Assembly: GCA_048268245.1 (NCBI GenBank)
Contig: JBLWVX010000001.1
Location: 64,001-128,000, forward strand
Length of the DNA: 64,000 bases
Source: Arcobacteraceae bacterium
GTDB lineage: Bacteria > Campylobacterota > Campylobacteria > Campylobacterales > Arcobacteraceae
Direction of reading: 5' to 3'
A program made the position numbers and the translations under genes. The notes under the pieces are model-generated. The model was given only the letters and a program-made list of their open reading frames with translations. It was not told the DNA's origin and did no database searches. Of the stretch, positions 20,841 through 31,534 are shown one piece after another (position 1 is the first letter of the stretch; every line of letters starts with the position of its first letter).

Positions 20841-20870
20841 ATAAAAAGTAAGCATTCGCTTACTTTTTAT
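20841..20870. terminator. Intrinsic terminator downstream of ftsH
   Basis: ATAAAAAGTAAGC-ATTC-GCTTACTTTTTAT perfect inverted repeat with T tracts on both strands. Confidence 0.8.
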
Positions 20871-20893
20871 TAAAAAAAATTTAGTTATTTATT

Positions 20894-22942
20894 TTAATCT
20901 TTATTCTCAGATGAGTTAGTTTCAGTATCTTCTGTAGTTTTGTTTTCATTTGAGTCTTCATCATTTTTTATTTCAGACTCTTCTGACTCTTTATTATCTT
21001 TAATTGGTGCAGAATGTAAGTCTTCTTCTTCAAAAACTTCTCCACCATTTTCTTTGATAATTTCTCTTACTCTTTCTCCTGAAATAACTTCAATTTCAAG
21101 TAATTCAGCAGTCATTTGTTCAATTGCTTCTTTATGATCTCTTAATGATTCAAGAACCGCTTTATATCTTTCATTTAATAAAGTTTTTACATGTTCATCA
21201 AGGCTTTTTGCCATATCATCAGAGAAATCTTTTTGAGTCTGACCACCTAAGAATTGGTTTTGTCTTTTTTCTAAAACCATAAGTCCTGCAACATCACTCA
21301 TACCATAAACAGATGCCATTGATTTAATAATATCAGTAGCTCTCTCTAAGTCATTTCCTGCACCAGTAGAAATCTCACCAATAAATACTTCCTCAGCAGC
21401 TCGTCCACCTAATAGTGTATCTACTTCTGCAATTAACTCATGTTTTTGCATTAAGTATTTATTCTCTTCAGGAGTATTTAACGTATATCCTAATGCTGCT
21501 AAACCTCTTGGTACAATAGATACTTTGTTTACCTTTTTAGCACCTTTTGTAATCTCAGCAATTAAGGCATGACCTGATTCATGGTAAGCTACAATTTCTC
21601 TTTCTTTTGGAGAAATTCTTCTTGATTTTTTCTCTAAACCAGCAATTTGTCTTTCAACTGCTTCTTTAAAGTCACTTGGATCTACTTGCTCTTTTTTAGC
21701 TCTACCTGCAAGAAGTGCAGCTTCATTAATAATATTTGCTAAGTCTGCACCTGCAAGTCCTGCTGTCATTTTTGCAACTTCTTTTAAATCAACGTTCTCA
21801 CCTAATTTAACATCTTTAATATGTACTTTAAGAATTTCAATTCTTCCTTCATAATCAGGTTTATCAACAAGTACTTGTCTATCAAATCTTCCTGGTCTTA
21901 ATAATGCTGGGTCTAAAACTTCAGGTCTATTTGTAGCAGCTAAAACAATAACAGGGGCAGCCTCTGTTGAGAAACCATCCATTTCAGCAAGTAATTGATT
22001 TAATGTTTGCTCTCTCTCATCATTTCCACCCATAGGTCCACCAGAAGCTCTACTTTTACCAATTGCGTCAATTTCATCAATAAAGATAATTGCAGGTGCA
22101 GCTTTTTTAGCTTGCTCAAATAAGTCTCTAACTCTTGAAGCACCAACACCAACAAACATTTCAATAAATGCAGAACCAGAAACAGATAAAAATTCAACAT
22201 CTGCTTCACCAGCAACTGCTTTAGCTAGTAATGTTTTACCAGTACCTGGAGGTCCAACTAATAAAACACCTTTAGGAATTTGAGCTCCAAGTTTTACATA
22301 TCTTTCAGGGTCTGATAAGAAATCAACTACTTCTTGTACTTCTTCTTTAGCTTCTTTATTACCAGCCATATCTTCAAATTTTACATTAGGTTTTTCAGAG
22401 TTAATCATTTTTTTAGATGAACCAATTCCAAGAAGGCCACCGCCTCCTCCTCCACCCATTGATTTTTGCATTCTTTTTGCAATAAACATCCAAATAGCAA
22501 AGAAAATAAAAATAGGTAATACCCATCCAAATAGAATATCAGCTAAAACATTTTCTTCATTTACTCCACCATAAGCAATTCCATTTTTTTCTAAAGTGGG
22601 GATTAATGTATCATCAGGAATTACTCTTCTTGCAGTGTAAGTAATAATTTGATTACCATTTTTTGATACTGCTTTTATTTGAGTATTTCCAATTCCAACA
22701 TACTCGATTTTTCCAGTTGTTATTAACTGTTTTAAATCAGAGTAAGGAACAGTTTTATTTTGAGACTGTCCAAATGCTGCAACTTGTGAATTGGAAGAAC
22801 CACCCATTTGATCTTCAGGGAATATTGCCTTAAAAGCGAAAATTGTAACTATTGAAAAAATTACAAATACTAATAATGGATTATTATTAAAAAAATTGTT
22901 ATTATCTCCACCATTATTGTTATTTTGAGGTTTATTGTTCAT
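20894..22942 (-). CDS. ftsH: ATP-dependent zinc metalloprotease FtsH
   Basis: Two TM segments, GPPGTGKT, IDEID, SRH, HESGH. Confidence 0.98.
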   Translation of the reverse strand: MNNKPQNNNNGGDNNNFFNNNPLLVFVIFSIVTIFAFKAIFPEDQMGGSSNSQVAAFGQSQNKTVPYSDLKQLITTGKIEYVGIGNTQIKAVSKNGNQIITYTARRVIPDDTLIPTLEKNGIAYGGVNEENVLADILFGWVLPIFIFFAIWMFIAKRMQKSMGGGGGGGLLGIGSSKKMINSEKPNVKFEDMAGNKEAKEEVQEVVDFLSDPERYVKLGAQIPKGVLLVGPPGTGKTLLAKAVAGEADVEFLSVSGSAFIEMFVGVGASRVRDLFEQAKKAAPAIIFIDEIDAIGKSRASGGPMGGNDEREQTLNQLLAEMDGFSTEAAPVIVLAATNRPEVLDPALLRPGRFDRQVLVDKPDYEGRIEILKVHIKDVKLGENVDLKEVAKMTAGLAGADLANIINEAALLAGRAKKEQVDPSDFKEAVERQIAGLEKKSRRISPKEREIVAYHESGHALIAEITKGAKKVNKVSIVPRGLAALGYTLNTPEENKYLMQKHELIAEVDTLLGGRAAEEVFIGEISTGAGNDLERATDIIKSMASVYGMSDVAGLMVLEKRQNQFLGGQTQKDFSDDMAKSLDEHVKTLLNERYKAVLESLRDHKEAIEQMTAELLEIEVISGERVREIIKENGGEVFEEEDLHSAPIKDNKESEESEIKNDEDSNENKTTEDTETNSSENKD

Positions 22943-22945
22943 AAA

Positions 22946-23761
22946 CTATGACTCCTTATTTTTGTATACTATTGTAACCCATTCATTTTTATGGATTAAT
23001 TCAATTTGTTCTAAATCTTTAAATCTATTCTGAACTCTAGCAAGGTGCTTATCTAAAATACCTGAAATAATTAAAATACCTTTTTCATTTAAACATTTTT
23101 TCAAGTCACCTGCAATCATACTTAAAACATCTGCTACAATATTTGCAATCACTACATCATATTTTGACTGTGCATTGTTAGCAGAACCAATCCATGAAGA
23201 GTTAAAACTAACATTGTTTAATTCAAAATTTGATGTTGTATCTTTAATACATACTTCATCTGTATCACAAATATCTACTATACAATCTTTCTTAGCAGCA
23301 GCAACAGCTAAAATTCCACTTCCTGTTCCAACATCTAATATAGTTTGTTTACTTTGTACATACTTATCAATAGCTTCAATACAAGAAGATGTTGTTTCGT
23401 GATGACCTGAACCAAATGATAAAGCAGGATCAATTATAATATCTATTTTGTCATCTCTTTTTTCTTCCCAAGAAGGTCTTACAAAATAGTTACCAATCTC
23501 TACTGATTTTACAGATTCTTGATACTGTTTAATCCAATCAATATTTTCTTTTTCTAAACATGTAGTTTCACACTTGATTTCTAAAGCTTGAGCAAACTTT
23601 AAAATACCATTTTCTACATCACTTAAGTCTTCTTCACTTCTTGCTATTAAAGTGCCATCAAGCTCTTCAATAGCTTCATTAGTTAAAGAACTAAGTAAGT
23701 CTAAAAAAAGTTCATAATTTTTTTCTGGTTTTATTGTTAATTCATAATAATTATCAGACAA
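22946..23761 (-). CDS. prmA: Ribosomal protein L11 methyltransferase
   Basis: IDPALSFGSGHHETT, LDVGTGSGILA, VIANI, SGIL. Confidence 0.95.
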   Translation of the reverse strand: MSDNYYELTIKPEKNYELFLDLLSSLTNEAIEELDGTLIARSEEDLSDVENGILKFAQALEIKCETTCLEKENIDWIKQYQESVKSVEIGNYFVRPSWEEKRDDKIDIIIDPALSFGSGHHETTSSCIEAIDKYVQSKQTILDVGTGSGILAVAAAKKDCIVDICDTDEVCIKDTTSNFELNNVSFNSSWIGSANNAQSKYDVVIANIVADVLSMIAGDLKKCLNEKGILIISGILDKHLARVQNRFKDLEQIELIHKNEWVTIVYKNKES

Positions 23762-23851
23762 ATATATCCTTTATACTTTATACGATTTAGATTATCTTGC
23801 GTATAAATAGGATATTTTATCTAAATAATTTTTTGAATATAATTAAGAGTA

Positions 23852-24781
23852 CTAAAAGAAGTTCTCTATCATATCTCTCATTACATTTTTATCTGAAACT
23901 CGATTAATGATATCTCTGAATTCATGGGCACCTTTATAGCCTTTTGAATAAGAGTGTAAAAGTTTTCTAAACATTAAAGCTCCATGTTCTCCATGGAATT
24001 CTAACACTGAATCAAAGTGTTCAAGTATAATTTCTTTTTTCTTTTCTTCTGATATATCTTCAATACCATGTTTTAATTGATAGAAAATCCAAGGTTTTCC
24101 AATAGCACCTCTTCCTATCATTACTCCATTGGCTTTAGTATATTCTAAAACCTCTTTTGCTTTATCATAGTCTTTTATATCACCATTTGCAATAACTGGA
24201 ATAGAAACAGCTTCTACCATAGCTTTAATTGCATCATAATCAACAGGTGCTTTATATTTACCTGCTCTTGTTCTTCCATGAACAGCTAAATAATCAACTC
24301 CACAAGCTTCAACTGCTTTTGCAATTTCAACTGGTATTTTTTCATTTACACCAATTCTTACTTTTGCAGTTGTGTACTGTTTTTTTGAGTATTTCTTAAC
24401 TGTACCAAGTATCTCTTCTAGTTTTTTTAAATCTCCTAAAAGATTTGAACCTGAACCATGATTAAATACTTTTGGAGCGGGACATCCACAGTTTAAATCA
24501 ATACCATCAATACCTTCAATATCATTAAGTATTTCAACTGCATCTCTTACTAGTTCAGGTTTATTACCTGCTATTTGAACAATATAAGGATCTTCACTTG
24601 GTGATTTTTCAATCATTCTTAGTGTTTTTTCAGATTTGTAAACTAATGCATTTGAAGAAATCATTTCAGAAATTGTAATATCAGCACCAAATTTCTTAAC
24701 TACTGATCTAAAAGGTAAATCTGTATACCCTGCTAGTGGTGCCAATACCACTAGAGGTTTGCTAAAATCAATTTTTTTCAT
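23852..24781 (-). CDS. dusB: tRNA-dihydrouridine synthase
   Basis: LAPLAGYTD, DLNCGCP, VHGRT, IANGDI, MIGRG. Confidence 0.93.
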   Translation of the reverse strand: MKKIDFSKPLVVLAPLAGYTDLPFRSVVKKFGADITISEMISSNALVYKSEKTLRMIEKSPSEDPYIVQIAGNKPELVRDAVEILNDIEGIDGIDLNCGCPAPKVFNHGSGSNLLGDLKKLEEILGTVKKYSKKQYTTAKVRIGVNEKIPVEIAKAVEACGVDYLAVHGRTRAGKYKAPVDYDAIKAMVEAVSIPVIANGDIKDYDKAKEVLEYTKANGVMIGRGAIGKPWIFYQLKHGIEDISEEKKKEIILEHFDSVLEFHGEHGALMFRKLLHSYSKGYKGAHEFRDIINRVSDKNVMRDMIENFF

Positions 24782-25794
24782 TATTTGTAAGATATAGACT
24801 CTAAATCGTAGTGCTTACCAGCGTCTTTTAACTCTAATAAGGCTTTAAATGCAGTATATTCATCATCATCAGTTGGTGCTATTACATCTCTAATTTTATC
24901 AATCATTTCATATTCAAATAAAACATGTAAATAAGCAGGTGTTGCTTCATCTAATTCTGATGAAAGTTTTTCAAATAATGCAATAATTTGATCTGGTTGT
25001 AAAATAGATTCATAGTTTTTAGCTAAAGACATATAATCTTCTTTAGTATAATCTAAATCTTTTACAATTTTTAGTATCTCTTCACTAGTAAATCCAAACT
25101 CATTATTAGCTGCATCTTTTTCAAAAAGTCTTTTTGCTAAATGCTTATCTAACTTAATATTTTTGTAGATTTTCTTAACAGTTGTCATACTTTTATCTTC
25201 AAGTACTTTTTCAAATGCTGCTTTAACTACATTATCAGAATAGTTTTCACTTTTCTTAATAACATCTACTGCAAAATCAGGTTGTTCATTTACTTTATTT
25301 ATTAAGTTTCTATTTGTAATAGATGAAACTTCACTAAATTTAAGATTTTTGTTAACAACATGCTTACCTGCATTAATATCTCGAATTGCTGCTACTACAT
25401 TATTTAACTCTTCATCACTAGATGAAAACGTTTTATCTTTTACACTTAATTGGAATTGATTAAGAATATTAGATAAGTTTTTGAAACCTTTTGTTTTAAA
25501 TCTTTTATTAAAATTAGTTTCTAATAAATTGGACTTAATCATATTTATCATTGTTTCATGATCTTTATCTATAGCTCTTTGTTTGAACACATTTAATAAA
25601 CCATAAAATACGATATGTCCAATAGTTGCAATAAATAATAGCACTAATGGCACTATTATCCAAACAGCAACTGGTAAAGTAAGAGAAATATCAAGCAGTG
25701 TTACTTTATAATTTCCTAACTCTAAACTAAATACATAACCGTATATTGCTATGATAAATATTACAGAAAAAACAACATATTTCTTAAAACCCAT
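24781..25794 (-). CDS. Hypothetical membrane-anchored protein (two N-terminal TM segments, helical cytoplasmic domain)
   Basis: 337-aa ORF in an operon between dksA and dusB. Confidence 0.7.
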   Translation of the reverse strand: MGFKKYVVFSVIFIIAIYGYVFSLELGNYKVTLLDISLTLPVAVWIIVPLVLLFIATIGHIVFYGLLNVFKQRAIDKDHETMINMIKSNLLETNFNKRFKTKGFKNLSNILNQFQLSVKDKTFSSSDEELNNVVAAIRDINAGKHVVNKNLKFSEVSSITNRNLINKVNEQPDFAVDVIKKSENYSDNVVKAAFEKVLEDKSMTTVKKIYKNIKLDKHLAKRLFEKDAANNEFGFTSEEILKIVKDLDYTKEDYMSLAKNYESILQPDQIIALFEKLSSELDEATPAYLHVLFEYEMIDKIRDVIAPTDDDEYTAFKALLELKDAGKHYDLESISYK

Positions 25795-25809
25795 CTTTAA
25801 TCCTTTTTA

Positions 25810-26163
25810 CTATTTTTCTACTTCGTAAATCTCTCTACAAGGTGTACAAAACTTTGCGAATGGTTTTGCCCTTAATCTTCCAATGGCAATTGATTCATCA
25901 CACATTTCACAAATACCATAAGTTCCTTTTTGAATTCTCTTTAGTGCATCTTCAATTTCTTCAAGCTCTTTAATTTGCTGGTTTGCAATAATACCTTCTT
26001 TAAAACTATCACTAGAAACCTCTGCATAATCAAAATCATCATTACACTCAGAATTTTTTAAAGAGTTGATACTTTCTCTACTATCGTTAATACTATTTGT
26101 AATTAACTCTTTTCTTTCAAGTAAAGTTTGTTTTAATTCTTCAATCTGTTTTGTGTTTGCCAC
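25810..26163 (-). CDS. dksA: RNA polymerase-binding protein DksA
   Basis: Coiled coil, GTYGICEMC...IAIGRLRAKP...CTPC 4-Cys zinc finger. Confidence 0.92.
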   Translation of the reverse strand: MANTKQIEELKQTLLERKELITNSINDSRESINSLKNSECNDDFDYAEVSSDSFKEGIIANQQIKELEEIEDALKRIQKGTYGICEMCDESIAIGRLRAKPFAKFCTPCREIYEVEK

Positions 26164-26221
26164 TTCATATACCCTTATTTTTAAATTTTGAAATTATACA
26201 AAAATTCATATAACATATAAA

Positions 26222-26680
26222 TTATTTGTGGTATGGATGATTATGATTTATACTCAATGCCCTAAAAATTTGTTCCCCTAAAACAACATTTGCTACTTTA
26301 TGTGCCATTGTCAAATCACTTAAGGATATTATACTATCACATTTCTTTAGAAACTCTCTTTGAAAACCATAAGCTCCACCAATGAAGAAATTTATTTCAT
26401 TTTTACCCTCTAAAAGGTTTGCAAATTTGAAAGAATCAACTTTTTTTCCCAAAACATCTAAAGCAATATTGTAACCTTTTAATAATGGTTCATAAACATC
26501 ACTATAAGCTTGTTGAGCTTCTTTTTCTCCAATATTTTGAGATTTAGCAATAGTTTTATTAAAAATATAATGTAATTCTACTTTTGCATACTTTGAAGAC
26601 ATTTTATTAAACTCACTTACTAACTTATCAAATTCATCTTTTGAAGGTTTAGCAATAGTATATATATTTATTTTTTGCAA
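26222..26680 (-). CDS. rlmH: 23S rRNA pseudouridine-1915 N3-methyltransferase
   Basis: FFIGGAYG, SLSDLTMAH, EQIFR, HPYHK. Confidence 0.95.
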   Translation of the reverse strand: MQKINIYTIAKPSKDEFDKLVSEFNKMSSKYAKVELHYIFNKTIAKSQNIGEKEAQQAYSDVYEPLLKGYNIALDVLGKKVDSFKFANLLEGKNEINFFIGGAYGFQREFLKKCDSIISLSDLTMAHKVANVVLGEQIFRALSINHNHPYHK

Positions 26681-26689
26681 ATCATACCT

Positions 26690-27298
26690 TTATATTGAAT
26701 AAATAGCAGAACCAACTACATTAAATCTTATATTTTCTATTTTATCTTCTATTTTAACACCACCAATAGCACAAACTGGGTGTTTTGAGATTTTTGCTAA
26801 ATAGGAAATTTTATCTCCTAAAAGAGTTGATACATCTTTTGTACTAGTGTTTCTATATGCACCTAAACCAATCATATCAAGGTCTAAGTCATTTGCTTCA
26901 AGTATTTCTATTTCATTATGTGTAGATAAACCTAAAAGCTTTTTTCCTATTTTTTTTCTAATTAATTTCGTTGCAATTTTTTTGTTATTGTGGATTTTTT
27001 CAAAATCCTCTTGACCTAAATGTAAACCATCTGCAAACTCTATTAAATCAATTTTATCATTAATGATAATAGGAATATTAAGATTTTGTTTTAAATACAA
27101 AAGATTTTGTTTTTGTATAAAGTTAGAAGATATTTTATCTCTGTATTGAACTACTTTAACATCTAGTTTTTTGCAAATTTGTACAAAATTTTCAAGATTT
27201 AAAGATTTTTTTTGAAGTGTTTCGAAATCACACAAAATATAGAGAAGGTTCGAGGCTTTAAGTTCAAAACCTAAAGCCTCTTCAAAGTTACTCATCAT
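26690..27298 (-). CDS. thiE: Thiamine-phosphate synthase family protein
   Basis: VQYRDK, IIND, GLHLGQED, GLSTHN, TSTK, AIGGV. Confidence 0.85.
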   Translation of the reverse strand: MMSNFEEALGFELKASNLLYILCDFETLQKKSLNLENFVQICKKLDVKVVQYRDKISSNFIQKQNLLYLKQNLNIPIIINDKIDLIEFADGLHLGQEDFEKIHNNKKIATKLIRKKIGKKLLGLSTHNEIEILEANDLDLDMIGLGAYRNTSTKDVSTLLGDKISYLAKISKHPVCAIGGVKIEDKIENIRFNVVGSAIYSI

Positions 27299-28167
27299 TA
27301 GTTAGCAATTTTCTCTTTTTTAAACATACTTAATAAATCAGTTAGCGTTTTTTTCATTTCACTTCTATTTACAACCATATCTATTGAACCTTTTTCTAAT
27401 AAAAATTCAGCTCTTTGGAAGCCTTCTGGTAAATCAGCTCCAATTGTTTGCTTAATTACTCTTTGTCCTGCAAAACCAATTAATGCTCCTGGCTCTGCCA
27501 TAATAATATCACCTAAAAAGGCAAAAGATGCAGAAACACCACCCATTGTAGGGTCTGTTAAGATTGATATATAAGGAAGCTTAGCATGATCTAATCTTTT
27601 TAATGCTGCTGATGTTTTAGCCATTTGCATTAAAGCAAAAGTTGATTCTTGCATTCTAGCACCACCTGATGCTGAAACAATAATTAAACCTTGATGTTTT
27701 TCAATTGCTCTATCAACTGCTCTTACAATTTTTTCACCTTCAACTGAACCTAATGAACCACCCATAAATGAGAAGTCAAATACAACCACTTGTACTGGAA
27801 TCTCATTTATAGTAGCTTCACCGCTTACAACAGAAGAAGTTCTTCCAGTTTTCTTTTCAGCTTGTTCTACTCTTTTTTTATAAGAAGTTTTATCTACAAA
27901 TTTTAAAGGATCATTTGGTTTTAAATCTGCATCATACTCAACAAAACTATCTTTATCAGTTAGTATTTCAATTCTTCTTTTTGCTCCAACTCTCATATGA
28001 AAGTTACATTTTGGACAAATATTATCTTGATTTTCTACCTCTTTAAAAAACATTAAAGAATTACACTCTGGACACTTAACCCAGTGACTTGGTGCATCTT
28101 TTTTAGTAGGTTGTTCCTTTGAACTACTATCAAAAGAAATTTTGCTAAATAAATTCTTTAAATCCAT
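27298..28167 (-). CDS. accD: Acetyl-CoA carboxylase carboxyltransferase beta subunit
   Basis: WVKCPEC..CPKC zinc finger, [32 protein letters not shown]. Confidence 0.97.
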   Translation of the reverse strand: MDLKNLFSKISFDSSSKEQPTKKDAPSHWVKCPECNSLMFFKEVENQDNICPKCNFHMRVGAKRRIEILTDKDSFVEYDADLKPNDPLKFVDKTSYKKRVEQAEKKTGRTSSVVSGEATINEIPVQVVVFDFSFMGGSLGSVEGEKIVRAVDRAIEKHQGLIIVSASGGARMQESTFALMQMAKTSAALKRLDHAKLPYISILTDPTMGGVSASFAFLGDIIMAEPGALIGFAGQRVIKQTIGADLPEGFQRAEFLLEKGSIDMVVNRSEMKKTLTDLLSMFKKEKIAN

Positions 28168-28187
28168 ATTAACCCTTTGTTTGTAAA

Positions 28188-29396
28188 TTATAAGTTTTTA
28201 AATTTGTCTAATTCGTCTAGTTTTTCCCAAGGATAATCACTTTGACCAACTTGACCTCTTGATGCTACATCTGCATAAAGGAAAGTTTGTGCACTTGGTT
28301 TATCTAGATTAAATTTTTCAGTTATCCATCTTGGTGTTAAAGCGAAATTCTCCATTACGAAAGAAGATAACTTATCATCATCATATTTTGTATATGTTCC
28401 ATATGTATCAACAGACACAGAAGTTGGTTTAGCAACTCCAATTGCATATGAAATTTGAACTAAAGCTTTAGTAGCTAATCCTGCTGCTACGATATGTTTT
28501 GATAACCATCTAGCTGCATATAATCCACTTCTATCAACTTTAGTATAATCTTTAGAACTTTGAGCCCCTCCACCAATTGGTGCATATCCACCAAATGAAT
28601 CAACAATAAGTTTTCTTCCTGTTAATCCACTATCATGTAATGATGAATGACTTACATATCTACCTGTTGGGTTGATATGAATAATTGTTTTTTCTTTGTC
28701 ATACATAGATGTTGGAAGTCCTGTATCATCAATTAAACCTTGAATCAACTCTCTTACTTCTTCTATTGGCATATCTTCAACTGAAGGTGCACTTACAACT
28801 ATAGTATGAATTTTTTGAGGTTTACAATTCTCAAAATTCTCTTTTGTTCCATAATCAACAGTAACTTGAGTTTTAATATCAACTCCAAGCTTGTGATTAT
28901 GTTTTAAAGCATAATTATACACTTTATCACATAACATTCTTGCATATGTGATAGCTGCTGGCATATAATCAGCTGTTTCAGTAGATGCAAAACCAAACAT
29001 AATTCCTTGGTCACCTGCACCGATTTCACCTGTTTCTTGATCAACTCCTTGACCAATATCTGCTGATTGTTGGTTTAATAAAACCTGAACTTTAACATCA
29101 TCAGGGTGTAAACACTGTTCATTTGTAAATGATGATTTTCCATCATAACCAATTTTAGCTAGTGCTTCTAGTACAATCTTTTCATAATCTTCATTAGTTA
29201 ATTGACAATTAGATTTTACCTCTCCACCAATAACGATATTTTTCCCTGCTACAAATACTTCCGATGCAACTCTACTGTTTGAATCTTCAATAATTAATTT
29301 ATCAACGATTGAATCGGCAATAATATCTGCACATTTATCTGGGTGTCCAGGGCTTACAACTTCACTTGTAAATAAATACTGTGTCTTGTTTTCCAT
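28188..29396 (-). CDS. metK: S-adenosylmethionine synthetase
   Basis: [38 protein letters not shown]. Confidence 0.97.
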   Translation of the reverse strand: MENKTQYLFTSEVVSPGHPDKCADIIADSIVDKLIIEDSNSRVASEVFVAGKNIVIGGEVKSNCQLTNEDYEKIVLEALAKIGYDGKSSFTNEQCLHPDDVKVQVLLNQQSADIGQGVDQETGEIGAGDQGIMFGFASTETADYMPAAITYARMLCDKVYNYALKHNHKLGVDIKTQVTVDYGTKENFENCKPQKIHTIVVSAPSVEDMPIEEVRELIQGLIDDTGLPTSMYDKEKTIIHINPTGRYVSHSSLHDSGLTGRKLIVDSFGGYAPIGGGAQSSKDYTKVDRSGLYAARWLSKHIVAAGLATKALVQISYAIGVAKPTSVSVDTYGTYTKYDDDKLSSFVMENFALTPRWITEKFNLDKPSAQTFLYADVASRGQVGQSDYPWEKLDELDKFKNL

Positions 29397-29476
29397 TTTT
29401 GTTTTCCATCCTTTTGTTTTCCAAAGACCAAAGTCTCATTGTTTTCCATTCTTTTGTTTTCCATTTTTGTTTTCCA
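29386..29476 (-). repeat. Six copies of TGGAAAACAA in two triplets flanking a short hairpin, covering the metK leader and start
   Basis: + strand TTGTTTTCCA at 29386, 29399, 29414, 29439, 29454 and 29467. Confidence 0.95.
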
Positions 29477-29603
29477 ACTGCGTTTAAAGTTAAAAAATTT
29501 ATAAAAATAAAAATAAAAGTTTGAATTTTCTTAATTACAAAATTTGTAAAAAAGTGATAAATTTTATCTAAAATATTCTTTTATATGTGTAAAGTAGAAT
29601 TTT

Positions 29604-31406
29604 TTATTCTACTGTTACACTTTTTGCAAGGTTTCTTGGCATATCTACATCATTTCCTAATCTTATAGATATTTCCATAGAAAGAAGTTGTAAAGCAACT
29701 AGCATTTCAAAAAACTCTAACATATAATGATCAGTTATTTCAGTCTTTATAAAATCATCTGCTAGTTCAAAATCAAGTGGAGATACAGAACAAATAGTAC
29801 TATCTCTGGCGCTTAACTCTTCAACATTTGACTTAATCTTGTCATATAGTAAGTTTTGTGGCATTAATGCAATTGTAAATAATTCAGGGTCAGCTAAAGC
29901 AATAGGTCCATGTTTCATCTCACCTGCTGGATAACCTTCTGCATGTAAATATGAAATCTCTTTAAGTTTTAATGCACCTTCAAGTGCTAAAGGGAAGAAT
30001 ACATCTCTTCCAATAAAGAAGAACCCATGTCCATGTAAATATCTCTTTGATAATCTTTTTGTCTTTTCATGAATTTTATCATTTACTATAAGTGCCTTCG
30101 GAACTTCTCTTAAAGCATGTAATTCACTTTGTAATACATCGTTATCTATTACATTTTTTTCTTTTGCAAAATATAAAGCCAACATCCATAAAACAACTGT
30201 TTGTGTTGAAAATGCTTTTGTTGAGGCAACACCTTTTTCAATTCCTGCTCTTGTAAGTATTTTATAATCAGCAACTCTTGTCATAGATGAGTTATCAACA
30301 TTACATACTACAAGTGATTTTAAACCTGCATTTTTTGCCATTTTTAAAGCTTCTAAAGTATCAGCTGTTTCACCACTTTGCGAGATAACAATAAATAAAG
30401 TATCATCAGTTAATAAAGGCTCTTTATATCTAAATTCACTTGCAATTTCTACATTACACTTAACTTTTGAAAGTCTTTCAAATAAATAAGCTGCTGTTAA
30501 TCCTGCATGATATGATGTACCACAAGCACAAATTTTAATCTCTTTAATTCCTTCAATAATTGAAGCATCTATCTCATCAAAAAAAGTTTCATTATCTTTT
30601 ACACGTCCAAGCATACAATCACTTACAACATCACTTTGCTCGTAAATTTCTTTTTCCATGAAAAATCTAAAACCATCTTTTTGAGCATACTGTTTAGAAC
30701 TAGGTAAAGTTCCCCATGAGTAATCATCACAGAAAAATTCAATACCATCTTGTGCACTTGCTACTCCACCTACTCCGTCTTCAAGATATACTACATCATT
30801 TGCTAAGCCAATTAAAGGTGCATCAGAAGAAGCAAATAAAACTTCATTTTCTTCATTTCCTTTTGCTACGATTAAAGGACTTCCATGTTTAAAGAAATAT
30901 ACTTTTTTTGGTGCAGCTTTTGAGATTAGAAGAATTGAAAAGGCACCTTCTAATCTTCCAATAGTATTATGAAAGGCTTTTGTTGTATCATTTAATTCAT
31001 TTTGATAGTTTTCAAAAAGATGTACTATAACTTCTGTATCTGTTTGAGATACAAACTTATGTCCTTTTGCAATTAATTCTTCTTTTAATTCTTTATAGTT
31101 TTCAATAATCCCATTATGAACTACATAAGAGTATTCACCTAAATGTGGGTGTGCATTTAATTCTGTTGGTTTACCGTGAGTTGCCCATCTTGTATGACCT
31201 ATTCCAATTTCATAAGCATTAGTATTGGAATCTACTTTTTCTCTTAAGTTATTCAATTTTCCTAAAGCTTTATAAACATCAATTTTTTCTTGATTTAATA
31301 GTGCAATTCCAGCTGAATCATAACCTCTGTATTCTAACTCTTTTAAACCATCTAATAAAATTTCTTTTGTATTTTGTTTACCAATATAACCAACAATTCC
31401 GCACAT
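29604..31406 (-). CDS. glmS: Glutamine--fructose-6-phosphate aminotransferase
   Basis: True N-terminus MCGIVG at 31406 (Ntn catalytic Cys), LEYRGYDSAG, GHTRWATHG, PRNLAKSVTVE. Confidence 0.98.
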   Translation of the reverse strand: MCGIVGYIGKQNTKEILLDGLKELEYRGYDSAGIALLNQEKIDVYKALGKLNNLREKVDSNTNAYEIGIGHTRWATHGKPTELNAHPHLGEYSYVVHNGIIENYKELKEELIAKGHKFVSQTDTEVIVHLFENYQNELNDTTKAFHNTIGRLEGAFSILLISKAAPKKVYFFKHGSPLIVAKGNEENEVLFASSDAPLIGLANDVVYLEDGVGGVASAQDGIEFFCDDYSWGTLPSSKQYAQKDGFRFFMEKEIYEQSDVVSDCMLGRVKDNETFFDEIDASIIEGIKEIKICACGTSYHAGLTAAYLFERLSKVKCNVEIASEFRYKEPLLTDDTLFIVISQSGETADTLEALKMAKNAGLKSLVVCNVDNSSMTRVADYKILTRAGIEKGVASTKAFSTQTVVLWMLALYFAKEKNVIDNDVLQSELHALREVPKALIVNDKIHEKTKRLSKRYLHGHGFFFIGRDVFFPLALEGALKLKEISYLHAEGYPAGEMKHGPIALADPELFTIALMPQNLLYDKIKSNVEELSARDSTICSVSPLDFELADDFIKTEITDHYMLEFFEMLVALQLLSMEISIRLGNDVDMPRNLAKSVTVE

Positions 31407-31534
31407 GTAATACCTTTTTAAGTGTAAATATATCCCGTGATTATATTTAAGTCTTACTAAAAAAATGCTTTGGTAACTGAATAACTTATTAAACAATTTA
31501 GATATTCATAATTTTTTTTTGATACAATTTGTTC

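Noticed and set aside
20816..20843. Tandem ATATTATAGTAT duplication upstream of the SBP gene
   Set aside because: Only two low-complexity AT copies; could be chance or part of the promoter.
22438..22457. Poly-Gly stretch in FtsH as a phase-variable tract
   Set aside because: Encoded by mixed GGN codons rather than a homopolymer; a normal Gly-rich linker.
23777..23807. Imperfect inverted repeat TTTATACG...CGTATAAA before prmA
   Set aside because: Weak stem, no U tract, and no further support.
29386..29476. metK repeats considered as a CRISPR array or MetJ boxes
   Set aside because: Units are 10 nt with 3-15-nt gaps and there are no cas genes. The central AGAC-N4-GTCT has Met-box half-sites but not the contiguous tandem AGACGTCT, and MetJ is not expected in this lineage.
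31407..31496. N-terminal extension of GlmS in the ORF track, and a possible glmS ribozyme
   Set aside because: GlmS needs Cys at position 2, so the start is 31406. The upstream region is short, AT-rich and shared with a divergent gene, with no ribozyme core visible.
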